Assembly (NCBI GenBank): GCA_013265495.1
Contig: MU058205.1
Location: 384,312-448,311, forward strand
Length of the DNA stretch: 64,000 nucleotides
Source of the DNA: Vicugna vicugna
Lineage: Eukaryota
Direction: 5' to 3'
Shown here: positions 25,555 to 35,244 of the stretch, piece after piece
Numbering within the stretch: position 1 is the first letter of the stretch
Layout: each line of letters begins with the position of its first letter
Translations under genes and position numbers: made by a program
The notes under the pieces: model-generated
The model's input: only the letters and a program-made list of their open reading frames with translations
The model's database searches: none
What the model was told of the DNA's origin: nothing

Positions 25555-26088
25555 GTCCATTGAAAGATGACTGGATAAAGAAGTTGTGGTATATATAGAT
25601 AATGGAATACTACTCAGCCATAAAAAAGAATAAAACAATGCCACTTGCAGCAACATGGATGGACCTGGAGATCATCATTCTAAGTGAAGGAAGCCAGAAA
25701 GAGAAAGAAAAACACCATATGATATCACTCATATGTGGAATCTTAAAAAAAATGACACAAATGAACTTATTCACAAAACAAAAACAGACTCACAGACATA
25801 GAAAACAAACTTATGGTTACCCAGGGAGGAAGGGGGCAGGGAGGGATAAATTGGAGAGTTCAAGATTTGCAGACACTAACTACTATATATAAAATAGATA
25901 AAAAAAAAAAACAAGGTCCTACTGTAGAGCACAGGGAACTATATTCAATATCTTGTTGTAACTATAATGAAAGATAATAGAAAAGGAATATATGTGTGTA
26001 TGTGTATGACTGAAACATTATTCTGTACACCAGAAATTGACACAACATTGTAAACTAAATATACTTCAATTGAAAAAAAAAACAACAA
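25555..26088 (+). mobile_element. Young 5'-truncated L1 (ORF2 end, 3' UTR, A tail)
   Basis: MEYYSAIKKNK.MPLAATWMDLEIIILSE ORF2 C-terminus. 3' UTR 'ctgtacaccagaaattgacacaacattgtaaact...tacttcaat' followed by poly(A). Confidence 0.95.
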
Positions 26089-26184
26089 AGAATGGCATCT
26101 AAACTGCCCTCCCACTTTACTTCCCTTTGAAAGGCCTGGATACGGAGGCCTGTGAGCACCGGGCCTGCCTCCAGGCTGGGTGGG

Positions 26185-26350
26185 GATGCAGCTTTGGACT
26201 GGGTCCTGGCATCTCTCATACCTTCTGTGCCACCTCGGACACAGACTTAACCTCTTCCAAACCTCATTTCCCTCATCTGCTAAGTGGGGTAATAGTACCG
26301 GCCTCAGGACTCGGGGGAGATTATGTGAGAGCAGGAAGCACCAGGCTGTC
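26185..26350 (+). mobile_element. MIR SINE
   Basis: 'gacttaacctcttccaaacctcatttccctcatctg..aagtggggtaatagtacc.gcctcagga' MIR core. Confidence 0.7.
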
Positions 26351-28319
26351 GTTCTCCCCAGACCACCCTCCTTCCCCACTGCACTGCTCTACCCTCAAGA
26401 ACCAGGTACACGGTGAGCTAATTGTAGCACATTAACAATTATATACAAGAGAAAGCCCGTTTATTTGAGGGATCAAGCCAGGGAGAATAAACTAGGGTTC
26501 TTTGCCTTACAAAAGGATTTACTTAAAATAGCTTATTGCTTTAAATAAAAAGCTCCCACCCTCACACATTTACAGACAATTAGCTACTTAGGAAACCAAA
26601 AGAGAAAGCGTTCAGGGATGCCTGACGATCAATCAGAAATGATACTCTGATATTATGTCAGCCAAAGGGAAAATATTTATAGGAATCAATTTGCACATAA
26701 TTTTTCAGGAATATTCTTAATACAAGCAGCCACTCCAGCATGGATGTACTTCCCCGGTTCTCCAATTTCAAAGACAGTGTCAGTTCACTGCTGAAAGCAG
26801 AGGCAGGCCACTCTTCTCTGATGCTAACCAAAACTGGGCCAGTGCCTGGTTAAACAACCATAATTTAGTGTTGAAAAGTGGCCTGTAATTACACTGTCAA
26901 GAAGTCATGATCTCCACAGCTTCCGTCTCAAGCTCTCATTAAACAGAACTCGTGCCTGTTTCATGTAAAAATCCCCTCTCCTGTTCCAGTGTTACCCTTG
27001 AAAATGCCACAGGGTGTGGAAGCAGGAGACTGGCCACCACTGGGGAGTCCTCTGTCCCCAGTGGGCACCCAGGCCACCGTCCTCCCCTCCACCAGCCACA
27101 GATCTGCTCTGTGCAGATCCAGCTCTGGGGGTCTGTCCAGCGTAATTTAAGCTCCCCTTAACTCCAACCAGAAGATTTTCCCAAGCGCCGTGAACATGCA
27201 AAAGGAGCATGAAGGAAGCTCGCCCTCTCTGTCCTCAGAAGCGAGCACCCTAGGACAGTCACTGCAGGGAGGATGTTTTAGGGCTAAACTGGGTGCCCCC
27301 GCTGCATGAGGACTTGATTGCTGCGTCGCTAGAGCAGGCGGAGAAGCTCCGTGAAGAAGGCAGGTGTGGGATGGAGCTTACGAGTGGACGATGACTGTAA
27401 CTGCAGCCGTGTCTCCCAATTTTCTAGACGCCACACGCAGCGCCTTCATGTGACTCCACCACGTCGCCCTTCGGTCGGCAATTAGGAACTGCTAATGCTG
27501 TTTGCATTCTACGCTCGGTGACTCTGGCCCTGCAGGCTAAATGCGCTCACACACAGCCAGCCGAGGGGCAATCACAGAATTTTAACCCAGATCTCTGTAC
27601 CCCCATGGCCCATGTTCTTGGCTACAGTTATGCACATTAGGACGCGCAGGAGGCAGGAAGAGCTGTGCTTTTCAAAAAGGCAAGAGGAAAGGTGGGCATT
27701 TGAATGAGTCTAGGATCTGTGAGGGGCGGAGGGAAGGGCACCCTTGTTAGCCAGCAGGGGCCAACTCACAGAGGAGGGGAGAAGAGGTCAAATGGGTCAG
27801 CGAGGGCAAGACTGCAGGCTGTCCTGAAGACCGACCAGGGGGCCTGCCCTTGGGAAATACGGTAGTAGAACCTTCAATAGGTTCTGGAGCAGAGGCTGGG
27901 CTGGGGCCACCAAGATGGGACCAGGGCCAGCCAGGAGGTCATTGCAGAGATCCAGACAAGGACAGCAAGCATCTGGACTGCAGCTGTGTTAAAAGCAAGC
28001 AAGAAAGGAGAAAGCAGAGAAGCATTTCAAAAGGATATGGAGAAGGGAAAAGGCAAGAGTCAGGATAAAGTTTCTGTGGTCCCAACAGAGCATCCAGGCC
28101 CAGGGCAGGGGCCAGATCTGCCACGCTGTGTCTGTCTCCCCAGCTGAAGTGGAATGCCATCAAGTCACAACTTTGTTTTAGTTACTGATGCATCCCCAAA
28201 GGGAGGTCTCCTTCCCACTCCAATTCTTTCTCCCCGTGCACACAAATTCACACCTTCCTTAATCTTCCATGTGTCTCTAGATCTCAGGAGGAAGAAAAAG
28301 AGGGATGGGGGAAGGAAGA

Positions 28320-28435
28320 CACCCTAGTTGTTGTGTGGATATTTGTACATCTCATGACCTCTCTAAGCCTCAGTTTCCACATCAGTAAAAGGAAGGTAGT
28401 AACCTCCTGAAGTTACGAGGATTAAATTAGATACC
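28320..28435 (+). mobile_element. MIR SINE
   Basis: 'acctctctaagcctcagtttccacatcagtaaaagg...tgaggattaaattagata'-like sequence. Confidence 0.7.
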
Positions 28436-29069
28436 AAATAGATGAAGAAGATTTCAAATTACATGTGCATAATTATAATTTATATATAATTTAATATGAT
28501 AAAATTTATATATAATTTATAGTTTATATAATTTATGATTTAACATATAAAATTAGAAGTTTTTACAATACTTATCACAGCAAGTCTTGTGCCTTCTATC
28601 TACCTGGAGTCTATTATGGGTAGAATACTTAGGTAGACATAGAGAAAAATCTCAAAAGCAGCAAGAGAAAATAACTCATTACATGAAGTCATTCCAATAG
28701 GATTAGCAGCTGCCTTTGCGTCAGAAATCATGGAGACCAGGTGCAGTGGATGCTGCAAAGTGCTGAAAGGAAAAAAAAAAAACTGTCAACCAAGAATTCT
28801 ATATCTAGCAAAACTATCTTTCAAAACCAAAAGGTGAAGTCAAGACTTTCCCAGATAAACAAAACCTGAGAGAATTCATTTCTAGGAATACTAAATACTA
28901 GAAATACTAAAAGAAACTTTTTCAGGATGAAAGCAAGTGACTCTAGGCAGTGAATCAAATCCTCCTGAAAAAAAGCAAAAAGTAACCAATAAAGGTGACT
29001 ATGTAATTATAACAGATAATGTAAGTTCATATTTCTTTTTTCTTCTTTTTTTTTCCCTTGATCAGCCCT

Positions 29070-29188
29070 TTATTTTTTTTTTAACATTTTTATTGATTCA
29101 TAATCATTTTACAGTGTTGTGTCAAATTCCAGTGTTCAGTACAATTTTTCAGTCATACATGGACATATACACACTCATTGTCACATTT
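29070..29188 (-). mobile_element. Very short young L1 3' end
   Basis: T-tail plus 'cattttacagtgttgtgtcaaattccagtgttcagtacaatttttcagt', the same 3' terminus as 39722-39810. Confidence 0.85.
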
Positions 29189-29189
29189 A

Positions 29190-29372
29190 GACTGATTTAA
29201 AAAGCAATTGCATAGAGACTATGTGTATAACCTATAGTTAAAGCTATGATATATAGAAGTGTAATATACTTGAATTTTTCTTCTTTTGACTGATTTAAAA
29301 AGCAATTGCATACAGACTATGTGTATGACCTATAGTTAAAGCTATGATATATAGAAGTGTAATATACTTGAA
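29190..29372. repeat. 85-bp near-tandem direct duplication
   Basis: 29190-29274 and 29288-29372 differ at 2 positions. Confidence 0.95.
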
Positions 29373-30849
29373 AATAGCATCCCAAAGGAGGGGAGTGGGA
29401 ACAAAGTTGTGCTGGAGTAAGGAAATGACACCGTATGGTAAAGCAAGCCCTCAAGATCAAATGAAGAGAAACAGAAATTGTTTTTAAAAAAAGTTAATAT
29501 AATCAACTCCATAAATATATACTTTGTACTTGCTTTCTTTTCTCAGTTTCTCTAAAAGGCATTAAGTTATATAAAGTAATAATTATAACAATGTATTATT
29601 AGGTTTGCAGCGTTTATAAATGCAACAATAGTAATACAGAGAGGGGAATGAGGAAACGGACCTACGTGGGAGCAATGTTTCTATATCCCCAAGGTATTAA
29701 GCTACTTAATAATACTTAGTGAATCTGAAATACATTCTGATAAATGAGGAAGTATATGGTAGGCCCTAGGGCAACCAGTAAGGAAAAAGCTCAAAAAAAA
29801 TCATTAAAGGAATTACAATGGTACAGTAGACAATATTCACTTAATGAAAAAAACAAAGCTCAGGTCAAAGTTTACCTGTCTTATGAGCCCTTTGCTGAGA
29901 GCTCCTCGATCACCAATTTAAACTCGCCATTTCCTCCAGGGTATCTACTTCTACTGTGTCTGCTCCTATCCCAGGATCCTTAACAGTCCACTGTCTTTTC
30001 TCCTTTGTTTCCCCACAAGACTGAAAGCCCCTCAGATACGAGGACATTGTTGAATCCCTGCTGTGCAATACAGTATCTCACAGTCAGTATTTGATAAATG
30101 GTGAATCAATAAATGTTAAATAAATTAAATCTCTAGCATATGATCAGATGAGGAAACGGAGCCACAGTGATATTGCTCCAGGTAGACCCTGGAAAACAAG
30201 AATGGAGGTTGCTGGATGTCCAGTCCTTGGCTACAAGACATGGGTCCCAACACCAACCACCATGTTGACTTTGCTACAACAGGGCATTGCCAAAAGTTGT
30301 GTAGAATTGCAAATGGTTGGAGAGCCTCCCCACCCAGCCCATCCCTGCTGTGCCTGGCTGGTCCTCCTCCTCTTCACACACTCAGAGCAGAGAAACCATA
30401 GAAACAGCGAGGGAGGGAAGATCCCAGTGATGGGCTCCCTTACTCCCAAGCTGCTTCCTTCCTTTCCTGAGCACCCCAGCTGCACTCACTCCCAGGATTT
30501 TACAAGTCTTGGGGCTGGTACAGATGCTCCTTCTCTCCATCATGCTTTGATCTGGACCATTGCTCTGAGCCTGGTGGAGTTGCCTCAGTGAACTACACAC
30601 TGAATCAAGACCCTACCTACAAGGTGGCAGGGCCCTCAGAACTCTGATGCCACCTTTGTCACCATGAGGAGTCTGGGTACAGAGTTACTAGTGGACACGC
30701 CAAGAAAGCTCTTGGCTTTGAGACAGTGCTGGGCTCCAGACAACAAACTAACTCTGGAATTCTCTGTGCGGGCTTCCCTGTTTAACTGTGAATTCACTGG
30801 AAAGGCGCATTGAAATCGATGCTATTTTTAACTCTAATAGTTAGTGATG

Positions 30850-31720
30850 AAAGAGGTTAAGAGATTGAGGCACTGAGCTTTGCAGCCGCTGGGAGCAAGA
30901 TTGAAGCAACTTTTCTTGGGGACAGTTTGACAGCACTTATCAGCAGCCTTAAAAATAATCACTTGGATCAAGAAATTCCGCTTATATTTTGTAGTAGCTC
31001 ATGGTGAAAATGAATATATGTATATTTATGTGTGATTGAAGAATTATACTGTACACCAGAAATTGACACAACATTGTATACTGACTGTGCCCCAATTAAA
31101 AGAAAAAAGAAAGCAATAATCTTAGAGGCAATGATGATTATTTTAAAAAAAATCCACACTTAGGTATTTATCCTAAGGAAATTATCGTGGGTGTACACAA
31201 ATATTAATTACCAAGAAGTTTACTGCAAAATCAACTTTCTCTTTCTGATTTTTTAGCACAGAGAATTAGCTATGTCTTTTACATTATAGCCATGAAATGA
31301 TAAAAATCAGTGACTGCAGTCAGCTAAAATTTTGTTGCAGAACAGCATTAAAAAGCAATAACATTAGTTTACAATATAAATGTTAAGTGTTATGAAAACA
31401 GTATGTCCCACTTTGGGAATGACACATATTTCTGCAATTTAAAAATGCACTGTTATCACATCTTACTCTTTATGAAATGGGTTCATCTTACCCCTGAAAG
31501 TACTTTCTTTTCTCTCCAAAAGGCTATTCATTGGTCAAGTGTGTGTCTTAGAAATGATGGTATCTCAGAATCAAGAAAACATCCACGAACGCATATGTCA
31601 AAGAACACATGCCAGCATGTTACCTGTAGTTAAGACTGTGATGATGTCTTTTCCTTGTTTTTATTAATCTTTATTTTCTAATTTCTCTGCAATAAGCATA
31701 TATTGCTGTAGCATCTCAAA
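30850..31720 (+). mobile_element. Ancient L1 (L1ME-like) 3' region containing a young L1 3' end at ~30995-31112
   Basis: 'aatccacacttaggtatttatcctaaggaaattatc' is old L1 ORF2 end. Nested 'ctgtacaccagaaattgacacaacattgta' plus A-rich tail. Confidence 0.7.
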
Positions 31721-32149
31721 AATGACAGTTTGTTACAGTTCGTCATTTAAAAATGAAAACATAAACACATGAAAAGTAAAATAAAAACAGGTGACAGGAA
31801 ATATCTTCAGGGGCTCCATGGGTAATTGTAGAACTGACGGTACAAACAGGAAACAGTAGGAATCAAAGGTGGAGTCACAGAGGGTGGGAGAGGCCGTCAA
31901 AGACTTCACCAAGGGTGTGGGGACACGTCCAAAGCCAGCCTGCCTGGCCCACCCAGCCTGGTCAGCAGCGAAGGGTCTGGGGGAGAGCACCCTGGAGGTG
32001 TGAGGTGGAAGGGAGGCAGGGTAGGCATCATGGGGAAAATTCTCCACGCCGGAAGGTGGGGTTCGAGACTTATCCGGGAAGGAGAGAAGAATTTTGAGTA
32101 GAGTCGCAACAAAATGAACAAAGTGAATTCCTTTTAGGGTGGAACAGGA

Positions 32150-32900
32150 GAACTGTGCGGCTTCCTCACAGCTATGCAGGGCTGGAGCCCATCTCCAGTA
32201 AAGAGCTGCTTTCACACGCACACATGCGCGCGCGCACACACACGGGCCCCGCAGTGCTCAGCCTGGACGTGAGACTTGCCGTGGAGCGCGACCACGCACG
32301 ACCCACACCAAGCTCAGGTAAAGCTTTGAATGTCCCCGAGGGTTTGCAGGGACTCCGGGAGGAGCACTGCCCAGATGGCCAGGCCCCTTCCCCAGGCGTC
32401 CCCACACCGACCCCGACCGCCAGCAAAGCCAGGCAGCTGCCCTGCCAACCCCGGGAAGAGAAGGAGTCACGGTACGTGTGAGTTGCTTGTTGCCTCAGTG
32501 AAAAGCTGGCTAATATCTTCTCCCGAAAGTCGAATGGAGGAAGGGACACATCATTCACCTGAAAGGTCTAGTCAGTTAAGTTCTGGTTACGCAGAAATTT
32601 GCAATGGGTTTCATTAACACCAGTATCAAAGAGGGTAAGTGCCAAACCTCCCCAGGCCGCCCCGCCCACTGCGCGGGTCTCCGCTCACCCGCGGCTCCAG
32701 GCGGTGGTCGGTTTTCACAGGCTTGAGACCTTACAGTAGCTTGTTCAATGTGCCCTCTGAGGTGCCTGTGTCCTTTGACTTCAGGCACTGCTTTGTGTCG
32801 CCGTGGCCTCGCGGTGTAAACGTGGGGAGGACGGGGTAGCCCTTCGGTATAGCCCAAGGCCCCTCCACTCAGCACAATCACTCTTACGGGTCTGCCAGGC
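32150..32900. promoter_or_regulatory. CpG-rich, promoter-like region
   Basis: High CpG density relative to the window. GC box ccccgccc at ~32660. 32-bp alternating purine/pyrimidine tract at 32213-32244. AGG|GTAAGT donor-like site at 32635. Confidence 0.45.
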
Positions 32901-32978
32901 ACTGTGATCGCCACTGGAAACACAAATGTGGGAATGCAAAATCCAGCCCTTTAAAAGGCTATGAATTGGTCAAGAGTG

Positions 32979-33180
32979 TGGATTTGCATGTTTCTTCTTC
33001 AGTTAGTAAATGAGCAGTCATGTCACCCACAGGGCACACATCCTTGGATCTTTGTTGAAAGTGGCCCTTGAGTTTTCTGCCCTTCCCCTGGGCAGGCGTA
33101 TCAAGGCTGAGTCTACAGCAAAAAGCCTGTCTCCAGCGTCTGGGGACACAAAGCGCCTGCGTGTTTCGTGGACATCTTGG
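32979..33180 (+). repeat. Left arm of ~200-bp inverted repeat
   Basis: Reverse-complement match to 34047-34243, ~80% by hand alignment, including the identical 28-bp block cctgggcaggcgtatcaaggctgagtct. Confidence 0.95.
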
Positions 33181-33519
33181 CCACTTCTCCAACCGTGAAA
33201 TGAGCAAGAGCAACGAATCCCACTCTCCAATCTGTGGTTTGATCCAAGGAACCTCAGCATTTCAAGGCCACTTTGAGGAGGCTAGAGCATCAGATGAAAC
33301 CCAGGGAAAGGTAGTTGTGAGTTGGGGAGGGTGGGAGAGCGCACGCGCACAACCTTCCACCACCAGCCGTGGGAGGAGACGAGCACAGGGCTCTCACCCC
33401 GCCCACCCCGTCCAGCTCAGGGCCCCTCGCGCTGCGCAGACTCACCTCAAACAAATAGAAGCAGCATCAGACGCGGGTCAAACCGTCAAGCTGTCATTCT
33501 CAGAAAAGCCTTCAGTTTT

Positions 33520-33700
33520 CTCCACCTAGGTTTCTTATCCCCAGAGTGAGAATCATAGAGGGTTTATGGGAATGTGTGGGGACATCTTTGATTGACACCA
33601 TTAGTGGGGAGGGGGCTCTGGCCTGTAAGGCAGAGGAGACTGGGAAGCTAAGTATCCTGTGACACAGGTTTCAGTCCCACACACGAGGGACTGTCCAGGT
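33520..33700. mobile_element. MER20-like hAT relic inside the inverted-repeat spacer
   Basis: 'gggaatgtgtggggacatctttgattgacacc...ggggagggggctctggc...gctaagtatcctgtgacac...cagtcccacacacgaggga' resembles the MER20 family. Confidence 0.55.
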
Positions 33701-34046
33701 GAGTGGGTGTCCCTTGGTAAGACACTCAGATTAATGGTACGCTGCCTGGCGTTTGATGCTTCTAGGATCATTTCTAATGGAGCATCTTAATAAAACTACC
33801 AGAAGGCACCCCTGATGACCCACCAAAGGTCTGCTACCTCTGACTCTGCATATACAGGTTAATATTTCCAGACGGTGTCAGCATCATGAATTTATTAACT
33901 GCCGACTAGAAATCTGCTCTTCCTTCTTCTCTGCCCTGAACTGGGTCTCTCATGCTTCAAGGGTGCCTACTGGCTCCCCCGTGGAGACTGCAGCCTTGGG
34001 GCGCATTGGCCAGGGCCAGCCTCGGCCAGGACCTGACGTCATGGCC

Positions 34047-34243
34047 CCATGACGTCCACGGAACATGGAGGGGCTTTGTGTCCACAGATGGTTGAAACAA
34101 ACCTTTTACTGCAGACTCAGCCTTGATACGCCTGCCCAGGGAAAGCACAGAAAACTCAAGGGTCACTTTCAACACAGATCCAAGGACTTGCCCTATGGAA
34201 GAAACAGCTCATTTACTAATTGAGGAAGAAGCATGCAAATCCA
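34047..34243 (-). repeat. Right arm of ~200-bp inverted repeat
   Basis: Reverse complement of 32979-33180. ATGCAAAT at 34233-34240. Confidence 0.95.
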
Positions 34244-34779
34244 ATCAGGAAGTAATTGGATTTGAAGGCTTAAAATCTGGGATTGGATGTGGGTACAGGA
34301 AATCCTTTCAATTTGAACATCAAGAAAAATAGAGCCTGCAGCTGCAGGAGACAAAGCTACCTACAAACAATGTAATAACAAACAAGCAGAAAAATCAAAG
34401 ACATTGTCACCTTCGCTTTGCGCTTGGGTGGGGGGCTTTTTACTAGCCTGCTGGGTTTAACTTGCTGCTGGTGACTTTTAGCACTTAGACAAAGTCATTG
34501 ATCAAAACATCTGTTCACATGTGAATCCAGCTGGTGAGCCAAGAAATTAAGTAAATCTACTGGGAGTGGGGGGTGGAGAGAGACAGAGAGGGAAGGAAAG
34601 GGAGGGAAGAGGAAGGGAAAGGAGGACAGAGAGGAGGAGAAAAGGAGAGGGGTGGGGGCAGGGAGCGGGAGTGAGATCAGAGCTCAAATCCATAGGTTCA
34701 GGGTTTTCCTAAATTATTAGTCTCCCCCTTTGATGGAGAATAAAAAAAGAGCATCAACTTTACTGAAGATTAAAAACAG

Positions 34780-35244
34780 TGTTACTGAAGGCAAGTTCGT
34801 GTGCCCTGCGCACCATGCAGCCAAACAAACCACATCCCAGTTTGGACGAGAGAAGGCTGATTGCAGGGCTGAGCAAGGAGGACGGGGTGGCTCATGACTA
34901 AGAAAACCCTGAACTCCCCAAAGGCTTTCAGCAAAGTGTAGTTAAAGGCCAGGTGAGGCAGGGGGTCGCAGGGTGTGTGATCAGCTCATGCACAGTCTTC
35001 TGACTGGTTGATGTGGAGGGAACAGGGCATCAGCACCATCACCCCCAGGAGCCAGCAGGTCTGGGGACCACGTGCTCATGATAATCAAGTAGTTCCTTTC
35101 TTCCCTTTGGTGGTTGTTTTCAGCATCTGAGCTCAGGAAATACACCTGAGATACTGTGAGCTGGTGCTTCAGAGAGGGGCTGCAGCAGAGGACATGGGGG
35201 AGGGTCTGACCCTGGAAGCCCCCACAGGGTCCTGCTCAGTTACA
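34780..35244 (-). mobile_element. Solo LTR, class I ERV-like
   Basis: TGTTAC...GTTACA termini with flanks acag/acac. Contains 'ccctgaactccccaaaggctttcagcaaag...ttaaaggccaggtgagg...gtgtgtgatcagctcatgcac', typical of ungulate ERV1 LTRs. Confidence 0.8.

Larger units (their letters stand above)
28630..29850 (+). mobile_element. Old L1 fragment (ORF1 end plus inter-ORF region)
   Basis: 'aaatctcaaaagcagcaagagaaaa...tgtcaaccaagaattctatatctagcaaaactatctttcaaaa...aagactttcccagataaacaaaacctgagagaattcatt' matches the L1 ORF1 C-terminal coding region. Confidence 0.85.

Noticed and set aside
32959..34332. Paralogous-looking ORFs (e.g. 33010..33198 versus 33957..34175)
   Set aside because: The similarity is a by-product of the inverted DNA duplication; starts, stops and frames are not maintained.
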